Below, piece by piece: positions 29,522 through 39,153 of a stretch of DNA of 64,000 nucleotides. The translations under genes were made by a program, and so were the position numbers. This stretch comes from an uncultured Trueperaceae bacterium (lineage in GTDB: Bacteria > Deinococcota > Deinococci > Deinococcales > Trueperaceae): positions 608,001 through 672,000 of the forward strand of contig CAVSGP010000004.1 of NCBI GenBank assembly GCA_963727505.1, read 5' to 3'. Position 1 is the first letter of the stretch; every line of letters starts with the position of its first letter. The notes under the pieces were generated by a model. The model was not told the origin of the DNA. It searched no databases and saw only the letters and a list, made by a program, of their open reading frames with translations.

Positions 29522-30751
29522 CTACTGACTGAGCTGACCGATGATCGAGAACATCGGCAGGAACATGCCGGCCACGATGAAACCCACGATCACGCCGAGG
29601 AAGACGATGAGGGCCGGCTCGAGCGCCGCGGTCAGGCTATCGACAGCCTCGTCGACCTCACGCTCGTAGAACGCGGCGATCTTCTCGAGCATGTTGTCCA
29701 CCGCGCCGGTCTCCTCGCCGATGGCGATCATCGAGCTGACCAGGGGTGGGAACACCAGCGGGTACTTCGACAGCGTCTGGCTGATCTGCTCGCCGCGCTG
29801 CACCGCGTCCTTGGTCTCGTCCAGGATGTCCTCGACGATGACGTTGCCAGACGTGCCCTTGGTGATCTCGATCGACTCGATGATGTTGACGCCCGAATGG
29901 AGCAGCAAGCCGAAGGTACTGGAGAAGTTCGCGATGGAGGTCTTCTGGATCAGGGGGCCGAAGATCGGCAAACGTAGGAGCAGACGGTCGATGTTGTGGC
30001 GCCCGTTATCGGTCCGGTAGTAGAAGTTGATGCCCACCACGATCGCCACGATGACGCCGATCAAGATGTACCAGTCGAAGCGCAGGAAGTTCGAGATCGC
30101 GATGAGAACCTTCGTGATGCTCGGTAGCTCGCCGCCGAGCTGGCCGAGGATGCTGGCGAACTGCGGCACGATGCCCGTGAGCAGGAAGTAGGAGACGCCC
30201 AACGCGATGAACAGCACCACGACGGGGTAGGTCAGGGCTGTGCGGATCTTGCCGCGCAACTCCGCCTGCTTCTCCTGGTAGGCGGCGATGCGCTCGAGGA
30301 TGCCGTCGAGATTCCCCGAGACTTCCCCGGCCCGCACCAGGTAGACGTACAGGTTGTTGAACAGCCGGGGGAACTTGGCCAGCGCGTTGGAGAGCGGCTG
30401 ACCGGTCTCGACGTCCTCGCGCACGCGCCGGAGCGCGTCCTTGAGGCCCTCCTTGGGCGACTGGCGTTGCAGGATCGCCAGCGACTGGACCATCGGCAGG
30501 CCCGCGTTGATGACCGTGGCGAACTGGCGCGAGAAGATGGTGATGTCGCGGATGGTGGGCTTGCTCCCCAGATCCAACCACTTCGGCAGCTTGAGCTCGG
30601 CGTTCAGCCCCGACTTCGGCGACTTGATCTCGCTGATGAAGTAGCCCTTGTCACGCAGCGCGGAGGCCACGTCGCGCTGCGACGCCGCCTCCATGGTGGC
30701 CGCGATCACCTTACCGGAGCGGTCGCGCGCCTTGTACTCGAATACGGGCAT
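29522..30751 (-). CDS. pilC: Type IV pilus platform protein (T2SS F family)
   Basis: FEYKARD, FSRQFAT..AG, AGEVSGNL, GEETG and LPMF motifs. Confidence 0.93.
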   Translation of the reverse strand: MPVFEYKARDRSGKVIAATMEAASQRDVASALRDKGYFISEIKSPKSGLNAELKLPKWLDLGSKPTIRDITIFSRQFATVINAGLPMVQSLAILQRQSPKEGLKDALRRVREDVETGQPLSNALAKFPRLFNNLYVYLVRAGEVSGNLDGILERIAAYQEKQAELRGKIRTALTYPVVVLFIALGVSYFLLTGIVPQFASILGQLGGELPSITKVLIAISNFLRFDWYILIGVIVAIVVGINFYYRTDNGRHNIDRLLLRLPIFGPLIQKTSIANFSSTFGLLLHSGVNIIESIEITKGTSGNVIVEDILDETKDAVQRGEQISQTLSKYPLVFPPLVSSMIAIGEETGAVDNMLEKIAAFYEREVDEAVDSLTAALEPALIVFLGVIVGFIVAGMFLPMFSIIGQLSQ

Positions 30752-30906
30752 CCTGCCTCCTTCGCGCACCTTCGGGCGGGGCCCTATGGAGTCGCCCGCA
30801 GTCTACCGAAGCGCCCCGCCAGGAGGCTGGCGAATAGCTCACTTGGCGTGCCCGGCACGCTCCCGGCACCGCGACGCGCCCCACCCCGGAGGCTATGATG
30901 GCGCCC

Positions 30907-31557
30907 ATGCCACGCGAGAGCCAGGCCCGCAAGCGCGAGCGCGCCGCCCGCGTGCTGTCGGGCCTGAAGGCGCTCTACCCGGACGCCGAAACCGAGCTCG
31001 ACTTCCGCACACCGTTCGAGCTCCTGGTCGCCACCGTGCTCTCGGCCCAGGCCACAGACGTCAGCGTGAACCGGGCAACCCCCGCGCTGTTCTCCCGGTT
31101 CCCGGACGCTTCCGCCCTGGCGGACGCGGACGCCGGGGAGGTGGAGCCGCTCATCCAGACCATCGGGCTGTACCGCTCGAAGGCGAAGAACCTGACCGCC
31201 GCAGCACGGCTCCTGGTCGAGCGCCACGGTGGCGCGGTGCCTTCCACCCTGGACGAGCTCACGGCGCTGCCGGGCGTCGGACGCAAGACCGCCAACGTGG
31301 TGCTGGCCAACGCCTTCGGCCAGCCCACCATCGCCGTGGACACGCACGTCGGGCGGCTGGCCCGCAGACTGCGCTTCAGTCGCCACGACAACCCCGACAG
31401 GGTCGAGCGTGACCTCCAGAAGCTGTTCGACGAGGACGACTGGGTGTTCGTGCACCACGGCCTCATCCTGCACGGTCGCCGCGTGTGCAAGGCGCGCAGG
31501 CCGGAGTGCGAACGCTGCCCGTTGTGCTCCGAGTGCCCCTCGTGCGCCGTTCCATAG
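30907..31557 (+). CDS. nth: Endonuclease III
   Basis: LSAQATD, HhH LPGVGRKTANVV, VDTHV and C-x6-C-x2-C-x5-C. Confidence 0.96.
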   Translation: MPRESQARKRERAARVLSGLKALYPDAETELDFRTPFELLVATVLSAQATDVSVNRATPALFSRFPDASALADADAGEVEPLIQTIGLYRSKAKNLTAAARLLVERHGGAVPSTLDELTALPGVGRKTANVVLANAFGQPTIAVDTHVGRLARRLRFSRHDNPDRVERDLQKLFDEDDWVFVHHGLILHGRRVCKARRPECERCPLCSECPSCAVP

Positions 31558-31627
31558 GCCGGTGTTCCCTAGGCGCCTGTCGCAGGCGGTCCGCGGGCGC
31601 TCGAGCCGGTCTGCTAGGGTAGTCGGC

Positions 31628-32629
31628 ATGGTTGACCTGGCCATCGTGGGCGCCGGCCCCATCGGCATCGAGACCGCCATCCTCGCGAAGCGCGCCGGGC
31701 TGGATTACCGGCTCATCGAGAAGGGCTCCATCGTCAACGCCATCGCCGGCTACCCCACCTACATGACCTTCTTCACCACCTCCGAGCGGCTCGAGGTCGG
31801 CGGGCACCCCCTGGTAACGGCCACCGACAAGCCGACCCGCAAGGAGGCCCTCGACTACTACCGCAAGGTCGTCCAGAACGAGCACCTCGAGCTCACCTCC
31901 TTCGCCGAGGTCACCGCGGTGGAACGCCGCGGCGAGGGGTTCGCCGTCCACATGCGCTCGCGTGCGCCCGCGGGCGGGGTCGAGCGCGTCCTCGAGGCGC
32001 GCTGCGTCGCGCTGGCGACCGGCTACTTCGACAACCCCAAGTCGCTGGGCGTGCCGGGCGAGGACCTGCCGAACGTCAGCCACTACTACAGCGAGGCGCA
32101 CCCGTTCTTCGAGCGCAACGTAACCATCGTCGGCGCCGGCAGCTCAGCCGCAGACGCCGCGCTCGACCTGTTCCGGAGCGGCGCGCACGTGACCATGGTG
32201 CATCGCGGCGCCGACTTCCGGCACAGCCTCAAGTACTGGATCCGCCCCAACCTCGAGAACCGCGTCAAGGAGGGCTCGATCGACGTCCACTTCGAGACCG
32301 TGGTCCGCGAGATCCGGCCCGACCGGGTGGTGGTCGAGAAGCGGGGCGAGCGCCTCGACATCGCCACCGACCAGACCTTCCTGCTCACCGGCTACTACGC
32401 CTCCCCCGACCTGCTTCGCTCGGCGGGCGTGACGCTCGACGATGCCACGTTCGCTGCCCGCCTCGATCCCGAGACCTTCGAGAGCGACGTCCCCGGTCTG
32501 TTCGTGGTGGGATCCGCCGGCTTCGGCACGCGCACCAGCGACGTGTTCATCGAGAACGGCATCGTTCACGCACGCAAGGCGATGGCGGCCATCGCGCGGC
32601 GGCTGCAGCGCGTCCCCAGCGTGGCCTGA
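31628..32629 (+). CDS. YpdA-family FAD disulfide reductase (putative bacillithiol disulfide reductase)
   Basis: GAGPIG, YPTYMTFFTT, HYYSEAHP, KYWIRP and FIENG motifs. Confidence 0.85.
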   Translation: MVDLAIVGAGPIGIETAILAKRAGLDYRLIEKGSIVNAIAGYPTYMTFFTTSERLEVGGHPLVTATDKPTRKEALDYYRKVVQNEHLELTSFAEVTAVERRGEGFAVHMRSRAPAGGVERVLEARCVALATGYFDNPKSLGVPGEDLPNVSHYYSEAHPFFERNVTIVGAGSSAADAALDLFRSGAHVTMVHRGADFRHSLKYWIRPNLENRVKEGSIDVHFETVVREIRPDRVVVEKRGERLDIATDQTFLLTGYYASPDLLRSAGVTLDDATFAARLDPETFESDVPGLFVVGSAGFGTRTSDVFIENGIVHARKAMAAIARRLQRVPSVA

Positions 32630-32731
32630 CCGGCACGGGCAGCTAGCGGGCGCCTGCGCCGAGCTCGCTGCGACGTCGGCGGCCGATCCCGGCCTTCTCG
32701 CACGTAGACTGGTGCAAGGAGGCACGTGTTC

Positions 32732-33292
32732 ATGAGGAATCGGAACCAGGTCATCGGCATCATCCTGATCGTCGCCGGCATCCTCGTCGTGATGGGACGG
32801 TTGGCCGGCGCCGACAGCATCGGCTGGCCGCTGTTCGTGCTGCTCCCGGGCATCGCGCTGCTGGTGTGGGCGTTCCTGGGGGGCGAGGAAGCGGCGACGC
32901 TGGCCATCCCCGGCAGCATCGTGACCACCATCGGCCTGATCCTGTTCGTGCAGAACCTCGGCGACTACTTCCAGTCATGGTCCTACGCCTGGGGACTGAT
33001 CGTATCCGGAGTCGGCTTCGGGATCTTCCTGCAGGGTGCCCTCACGGCCGATCACGACCGTGAACGCGAGGGCATGCGCGTCGTCACCGTCGGCCTCGCA
33101 CTCTTCGCCGCCTTCGGCGCCTTCTTCGAGTTCTTCATCTTCGACAACTGGGCGGGGAGTTGGGTCGGCCGCTGGCTGCTTCCGCTGGCCCTCATCGCAG
33201 CTGGACTGGTGCTCTGGGCCCGCCGGGGTAGCGACGGCAGCGGCGACCGCAACGGCAGCAGCGACGCCAGCGGCGACCGCACCGGGCCGTGA
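32732..33292 (+). CDS. Membrane protein (LiaF/LiaI-like TM repeats)
   Basis: GIILI..G, WPLF..PG; about 6 TM segments. Confidence 0.7.
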   Translation: MRNRNQVIGIILIVAGILVVMGRLAGADSIGWPLFVLLPGIALLVWAFLGGEEAATLAIPGSIVTTIGLILFVQNLGDYFQSWSYAWGLIVSGVGFGIFLQGALTADHDREREGMRVVTVGLALFAAFGAFFEFFIFDNWAGSWVGRWLLPLALIAAGLVLWARRGSDGSGDRNGSSDASGDRTGP

Positions 33293-34308
33293 AGCAGGGC
33301 AGCTCCCGGCGCGATCTCCTGCCCGTCCTGCTGATCGCGGTCGGCATCCTGTGGCTACTGTTCCAGACCGGCTTCGTGCCGCCGCGGGTGCTCTCGGCGC
33401 TGGCGTTCTACTGGCCCCTGTTGCTGATCGGCATCGGGCTCGACCTGCTGCGCGTGCGGCGCCCCTGGGCCGTTCCCTACACGGGGCTGGCGGTCATCGT
33501 CGTGGTGCTGGTCGCCGTCCTGGTCCCGCAGACGGACGCCGGCCAGTCGGTGACGCGCTTCCGCGAACCGGTGGGCGCCGCACGCAGCGCCAGCGTCCGC
33601 CTGGAGCTGTCGAGCGCGCCGACCCACGTCTTCGCTGCGCCCGACGGCGCCGCCCTGCTCGACGCCGAGACTCGCGGGCGGCCTGGCGCAGCGTTCGACG
33701 TGCGCGGCGATCGCGACAAGACGGTCACCGTCCGCGCGCAGAACCGCGGGGCCTGGGTCTTCACCCCCGTGGGCAGCAGCCGCTGGGACCTCGGCCTCGG
33801 CCGCAGCCTCCCGCTCGACCTGACGGTCGACGGCGGCTCGGGCGGTGCGACCCTCGATCTCGACGGCCTGCAGCTCGCCGCGCTCCGGACCGACGTCGGA
33901 TCCGGCTCGGTGACGTTGAGCCTGCCCGGCCAGGTCGAGAGCTATCGCGCCAGCGTCGACGGCGGTAGCGGCGCCACACGCATCACCGTACCTTCCGATA
34001 CATCGCTGGAACTCGCCCTCGATACCGGCTCGGGAGCGACGCATCTGGCGCTTCCGCCCAGCGGCCGGGTGCGTGTGACACTGCGCTCCGGTAGCGGCCC
34101 CGTGACCATCGACGTACCCGACGGGGCGGCCGTGCGGCTGGAGGTCCAGGACGACGGTTCCGGCTCGTTGCGGGTGGCGCCCAGCCTGACGCGGCAGAGC
34201 GGCTCCGGCGACACCGGCGCGTGGGAAGCGCGAGGCGCGACGGGCACACCCGGGGAGATCCTGATCATGGTGGCGAGGGCAGGGTCGGGCAGCATCACAA
34301 TCCGCTGA
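33289..34308 (+). CDS. Membrane-anchored beta-solenoid protein (LiaF-TM plus DUF4097-like)
   Basis: YWPLLLI.IG N-terminus; repeated GSG motifs about every 22 aa. Confidence 0.7.
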   Translation: MKQGSSRRDLLPVLLIAVGILWLLFQTGFVPPRVLSALAFYWPLLLIGIGLDLLRVRRPWAVPYTGLAVIVVVLVAVLVPQTDAGQSVTRFREPVGAARSASVRLELSSAPTHVFAAPDGAALLDAETRGRPGAAFDVRGDRDKTVTVRAQNRGAWVFTPVGSSRWDLGLGRSLPLDLTVDGGSGGATLDLDGLQLAALRTDVGSGSVTLSLPGQVESYRASVDGGSGATRITVPSDTSLELALDTGSGATHLALPPSGRVRVTLRSGSGPVTIDVPDGAAVRLEVQDDGSGSLRVAPSLTRQSGSGDTGAWEARGATGTPGEILIMVARAGSGSITIR

Positions 34309-34337
34309 CGAAGGCGGCCGGCGTTATGCTGGCCGCC

Positions 34338-35387
34338 ATGGCACTCGACCTTTCCTTCCTCCGGGAGCTGACCTCCGCGGCTGGCACGTCGGGCTTCGAG
34401 GCCCGGCCCGCCGCGGTCTGGCGCTCGCGCGCCGAGACCGCGGGCGCCGCACTCGCCACGGACGCCTACGGCAACGTCTTCGCCACCTTCCGGCCCGGCC
34501 GCAAGCCGCGCGTGATGCTCGCCGGACACATCGATGAGATCGGACTCATCGTCAGCTACATCGACGAGAACGGCTTGCTCTACGTGCGCCCGGTCGGCGG
34601 TTGGGATCCGATGCAGCTCGTCGGACAACGCGTCCGCGTCCTCGGCCATGGGGGCGACGTGCTGGGGGTCATCGGCAAGAAGGCCATCCACCTGATGAGC
34701 GCCGAGGACCGCCGCAAGGTGCCCAGCATGGATGACCTGTGGATCGACATCGGAGCCACCAACCGCGAGGAGACCGCTTCCCTCGTGCGGGCCGGTGACA
34801 CCGCGGTCATCGAGCAGCCGTTCGTAGAGCTGCTCAACGGCCGCGTTGCGAGCCGCGCCATCGACGACCGCATCGGCGCCTACGTGGCGCTGGAAGCGGC
34901 CCGGCGCGCCGGCGGCTCCGCCGAAGTCGTGGCCGTCGCGACCGTGCAGGAGGAGATCGGCGGGGTCGGCGCGCGCGCCGCGGCGTTCGCGCTCGAACCC
35001 GACGTCGCCATCGCCATCGACGTCACCCACGCCATCGACACGCCCGGACTGGAGAAGAAGCTCCACGGCGACGTGCCGCTCGGCGGCGGTCCGGTACTGA
35101 CGGCCGGTTCCTACGTGCACCGCGCCGTGATGGAGGGCCTGCGCGCGACCGCCGAACGCGAGGGCATCCCGGTGAGTGTCGGCGTGTCCCCCCGGCGCAC
35201 GGCCACCGACGCCGACCACATCGCTCCGGCGCGCGCGGGTACGCCCAGCGCGGTGGTATCGATCCCGAACCGCTACATGCACTCGCCCAACGAGATGGTC
35301 GACCTAGCGGACGTGGAGCGCACCATCGACCTGCTGGCCGCCTTCATCGGCAGCCTCGCCGAGGACACGCGCTTCCTGCATACCTGA
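34338..35387 (+). CDS. M42 family metallopeptidase
   Basis: HIDEIG, DDRIG, QEEIG and RYMHS motifs. Confidence 0.92.
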   Translation: MALDLSFLRELTSAAGTSGFEARPAAVWRSRAETAGAALATDAYGNVFATFRPGRKPRVMLAGHIDEIGLIVSYIDENGLLYVRPVGGWDPMQLVGQRVRVLGHGGDVLGVIGKKAIHLMSAEDRRKVPSMDDLWIDIGATNREETASLVRAGDTAVIEQPFVELLNGRVASRAIDDRIGAYVALEAARRAGGSAEVVAVATVQEEIGGVGARAAAFALEPDVAIAIDVTHAIDTPGLEKKLHGDVPLGGGPVLTAGSYVHRAVMEGLRATAEREGIPVSVGVSPRRTATDADHIAPARAGTPSAVVSIPNRYMHSPNEMVDLADVERTIDLLAAFIGSLAEDTRFLHT

Positions 35388-35401
35388 GTGTCGGCCGGGG
35401 A

Positions 35402-35893
35402 TCACCGACCGCCCGCGAATCCCGTTTCCGCCCACGCCAGATAGAGGGCGGCCGCCACCGCCGCCGACAGGTTGAGTGAGCGCGCGCCCGGCCGCATCGG
35501 CAGGCGCAGCGGCGCGGCCTCGGCGAGAACCGCGGCGGGAAGGCCGCGCGACTCCGGCCCGAACAGCAGCAGCAGGTCCCCCGGGGTGGCGGCCAGGGCG
35601 AGCGGCGAGGGCCCTGAAGCCGGCCCGGGCGACGCCCCCCGCGTCGACAGGGCGAGGACGCGTCCCTGCCCGAACAGAGGATCGAGCGCCGCTCGGAAGG
35701 CCGGGTAGCCGGCATGCACCTGAACGTCGGCCTGCTCCCAGTAGTCCATGCCGGCACGGCGCAGCGCTGCGGCGTTAAGACGGAAGCCCAGCGGGCGGAT
35801 GAGGTGCAGGCGGCTCCCCACCGCAAGGCAGGTCCGCGCGATCTGTCCGGTGTTGCCAGCGATCTCGGGCTCGAGCAGCGCCACGTGGAGCAC
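35402..35893 (-). CDS. trmL: tRNA (C/U34) 2'-O-methyltransferase
   Basis: PEIAGNTG, RRAGMDYW, FGPESRGL and RSLNLS motifs. Confidence 0.9.
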   Translation of the reverse strand: MLHVALLEPEIAGNTGQIARTCLAVGSRLHLIRPLGFRLNAAALRRAGMDYWEQADVQVHAGYPAFRAALDPLFGQGRVLALSTRGASPGPASGPSPLALAATPGDLLLLFGPESRGLPAAVLAEAAPLRLPMRPGARSLNLSAAVAAALYLAWAETGFAGGR

Positions 35894-35963
35894 GGCGCCA
35901 GTGTGACACGCCGCCTCGCTGCCGGGCGCGGCACCCGGCAGCCGCTACACTGACCCCAGGACC

Positions 35964-38450
35964 ATGCGGCTCATCGTCACCCACGAGCAGCCCGATTTCG
36001 ACGCCCTGGCCAGTCTGGCCCTGGCCCGGTTGCTCTTCCCCAACGCCACCGCGACCATTCAGGGCGCGTTGAGCCCCGGCCTCGCGGACTTCCTGAGGCT
36101 CTACCGGGACCAGCTCGAGCTCGCCGATCCGCAGGCCATCGATCTCGACGCCGTCACCGAGCTCATCGTGGTCGACACCGCGGACGCCAGCCGCATCCGG
36201 CCCTTCGATCGCCTGGTCGGGGCGGTCCCGACGACCCTCTACGACCACCATCCGCCGCCCGCCGTCCCGATGCCGGCCGCACGCGGCTTGCGCGAGCAGG
36301 TGGGCGCCACCGCCACCCTGCTCACCCGCGAGCTGATGGCCACCGGCATCGTCATCCCACCGCCGATCGCCAGCCTGGCGCTCCTGGGCATCCACGAGGA
36401 CACCGGCAATCTCAGCTACGACCTGACCCGACCCGACGACTACCGCGCCGCCGCTCACCTGTTGGCCTGCGGCGCCAGCCTCCAACTCGTCCGGCGTTTC
36501 ACCGTCGACGCGACGTCACCGGAGCATCACGCCTTCCGGGAGGCCATGCTCGACGCCGCGCGTCCCGTGGCGGTAGCCGGCCGCCGCGTCAGTGTCGCGG
36601 CCTTCGAGTACCCGCGCTACGTCGCCGGTGTGTCGGGGCTCGCCAACGACCTCCTCGAGCTCCACCGTGCCGACGCCGCGATCGTCGCCGTACGCATGGA
36701 GGGCAAGACGCTCGTCTTCGCCCGCGCCACGGAGCGCTTCGACGTCGCATCGGCCCTTCACGAAGCCCTCGGCGGCGCGGGCCATCCGGGCGCCGCGTAC
36801 GCCAAGGCTGACCTCGACCCCCTGGAGGCGGCGCAGCGCGTACTGGACGCGCTCGCAGCGCACACCACCCCGGTCATGACCGCGGCGGACCTGATGAGCA
36901 CCCCCGTCAAGACGGTGCGCGAGAGCGTGACGGTGGCCGAGGCCCAGCAGCAGCTGCTGCTCTACGGCCACAACGGCATGCCGGTGGTGAGCGACGACGG
37001 CGCCCTCGCAGGCGTGGTGTCGCGTCGCGACCTGGAGCGTGCCCTGCGGCACGGCCTGGGCCGCAGCCGAGTCTCCGGGTTCATGAGCCGCAACGTTGTC
37101 AGCGCCGGGCGCGATGCGGTCCTGACCGAGCTCGAGGGGCTGGTGCTGCGCCACAACATCGGCCGCATCCCGATCCTGGACGGCGACACGCTCGTCGGCA
37201 TCGTCACCCGCACCGACCTCATCGCCTCGCGCCACAAGCGGCCCAGCTCCGAGGACCCCGCCCGCGCGCTGCTCGGACGACTCCCTCCCAGCGCCCAGAG
37301 GGCGCTGAAGGCGGCCCGCTCGGTGGCTGGCGACGCCTCGCTCTACCTCGTCGGTGGCACCGTGCGCGACGCCCTGCTCGGCGCCGGCTTCAAGGACCTC
37401 GACCTCGCGGTCGAGGGGGGTACCGCCGAACGCCTGGGCACCCGGCTGAACGCACGTCTGGGCGGCACCCTGTCGTGCCACGTACCGTTCGGGACCTGTA
37501 CCCTCACACTGGACGACGGCCTGGTCATCGACCTGGCGACGGCGCGCGAGGAGACCTACGACCACCCCGGCGCGCTGCCGGTCGTCACGCCCAGCACGGT
37601 CCGCAAGGACCTGTCCCGGCGCGACTTCACGGTCAACGCCCTGGCACTGCGCTTCCACCCCGAACCGCCGGAGCTGATCGATCCCTACGGCGGTGCAGAC
37701 GACCTGCGTGCCAAGCAATTGCGCGTGCTGCACCCGCTTTCGTTCATCGAGGACCCGACCCGGGTGTTGCGCGGGGCACGGCTGGCCGGTCGCCTCGGCT
37801 TCCACTTCGAGCCCGCCACCGCCGAACGGGCGCACGACGCGCTCGACCCCGCCATCGTCCGCAACGTCAGCGGCGGACGGCTGCGGGGCGAGCTGGAGCT
37901 CACGCTGGCCGAGCCGCGGGTGGCCTCTGCGCTGCGCAGCCTGGAGGAGGTCGGGGGCCTGCAGGCGCTGTTCGGGCTGCAGTCGGACGCGTCGCTGTTG
38001 CAGGCGCTCGACCGGCAGCGCCACGACCGCGACGTACCCGATGAGGCCTACCTGCTGGCGCTGCTCCTTGCAAGCGACGACGCGGCCGCCGCGGCCCATC
38101 TCGAGGCCTTCCACTGGCCCCGCCGCTACGGCCAGTTGCGCGATCGTCTGCGGGTCATGCTGCGCGCCGAGCCTGTGCGCGACGAGGATCTCGAGGGGCT
38201 CGATGAAGCGGCGCGCGTCGTCCTGCGCTGCCTCTCCCCCGACCTCGCCGCCCGTCTGACACGGCTCGAAGAGGGCCCGCCCCGACGGCGGCTGCGCGGC
38301 AGGGACGTGTTAGACTTGGGCTTGGCGCCTGGACCGGCCGTGGGACGCATTCTCGACGAAGTTGCGCGTGCCCGCGCCGACCAACGCGTGCGGACCTTCG
38401 AAGACGAGGTCGAGATGGCCAGGCAGCTCGTTCACGAGCTGCAGACGTGA
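35964..38450 (+). CDS. DHH-CBS-nucleotidyltransferase (CCA/A-adding tRNA nucleotidyltransferase)
   Basis: H..PDFD, YDHH and EDTG; CBS pair; VGG.VRD.LLG..DLD, RRDFTVNA and DPTR. Confidence 0.9.
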   Translation: MRLIVTHEQPDFDALASLALARLLFPNATATIQGALSPGLADFLRLYRDQLELADPQAIDLDAVTELIVVDTADASRIRPFDRLVGAVPTTLYDHHPPPAVPMPAARGLREQVGATATLLTRELMATGIVIPPPIASLALLGIHEDTGNLSYDLTRPDDYRAAAHLLACGASLQLVRRFTVDATSPEHHAFREAMLDAARPVAVAGRRVSVAAFEYPRYVAGVSGLANDLLELHRADAAIVAVRMEGKTLVFARATERFDVASALHEALGGAGHPGAAYAKADLDPLEAAQRVLDALAAHTTPVMTAADLMSTPVKTVRESVTVAEAQQQLLLYGHNGMPVVSDDGALAGVVSRRDLERALRHGLGRSRVSGFMSRNVVSAGRDAVLTELEGLVLRHNIGRIPILDGDTLVGIVTRTDLIASRHKRPSSEDPARALLGRLPPSAQRALKAARSVAGDASLYLVGGTVRDALLGAGFKDLDLAVEGGTAERLGTRLNARLGGTLSCHVPFGTCTLTLDDGLVIDLATAREETYDHPGALPVVTPSTVRKDLSRRDFTVNALALRFHPEPPELIDPYGGADDLRAKQLRVLHPLSFIEDPTRVLRGARLAGRLGFHFEPATAERAHDALDPAIVRNVSGGRLRGELELTLAEPRVASALRSLEEVGGLQALFGLQSDASLLQALDRQRHDRDVPDEAYLLALLLASDDAAAAAHLEAFHWPRRYGQLRDRLRVMLRAEPVRDEDLEGLDEAARVVLRCLSPDLAARLTRLEEGPPRRRLRGRDVLDLGLAPGPAVGRILDEVARARADQRVRTFEDEVEMARQLVHELQT

Positions 38451-38471
38451 GGAAGCTGCCGGGAGCTTGCC

Positions 38472-39104
38472 ATGATCCTGAGGTACTACAACGACCCCAC
38501 CGTTCTGGTGATCAGTGCCGTCGTCATGGTGATGGCGCTGATCTTCCACAACATCGTGCAGAGCTTCGTGGCGGCGCGGTTCGGCGACAGCACGCCGCGC
38601 TTCTCGGGCTTCACGGCCTTCGACCCCCAGCGCCACCTCGATCCCTTCGGCGTGCTGTTCCTGTTCTTGCTCGGCTTCGGATGGCCCAATGCGGTGCCGG
38701 TCAACAGCCGCAACTACCGGGGACGGGGACGCCAGGAGGCCTTGGTGTGGCTTTCTGGCATCGCCGCCTACCTGCTGGTGGGGTTCCTCAGCCTCGCCGC
38801 ATCGGTAGCGTTCGTGGGGCTCGGCCAGGCGCATCTCGCGATCGCGTTCCAGGCCGCCGCCGCGTACGCGGTGGTGCACGCCGTCATCAACCTGTTTCCG
38901 GTGTTACCGCTCGACATGGCGCATGCGGCGCTGGCGTGGGGCAATCCCGACGTGCGGCGGATCATCCAGCAGATCGCCGGCTTCGGCGTCCTGGGCTTCA
39001 TGGTGTTCTTCTTCATCCTGAGCTTCCTGGGAGTGATCAGCGGGTTGGTGCGGCTGTTCCTGCAGGTCTTTCTCAACATCATCGCAGCGCTGACCGGCCT
39101 CTGA
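38472..39104 (+). CDS. Site-2 protease (M50) homologue with a degenerate HExxH motif
   Basis: GD.TP, DP..HLDP.G, FGW...VPVN and NLFP.LPLD; HNIVQ in place of HExxH. Confidence 0.75.
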   Translation: MILRYYNDPTVLVISAVVMVMALIFHNIVQSFVAARFGDSTPRFSGFTAFDPQRHLDPFGVLFLFLLGFGWPNAVPVNSRNYRGRGRQEALVWLSGIAAYLLVGFLSLAASVAFVGLGQAHLAIAFQAAAAYAVVHAVINLFPVLPLDMAHAALAWGNPDVRRIIQQIAGFGVLGFMVFFFILSFLGVISGLVRLFLQVFLNIIAALTGL

Positions 39105-39153
39105 CCGGACCCTCTCCGCAACCGGACCGGCGTGCCATGGAGTTCGCAGTCGC

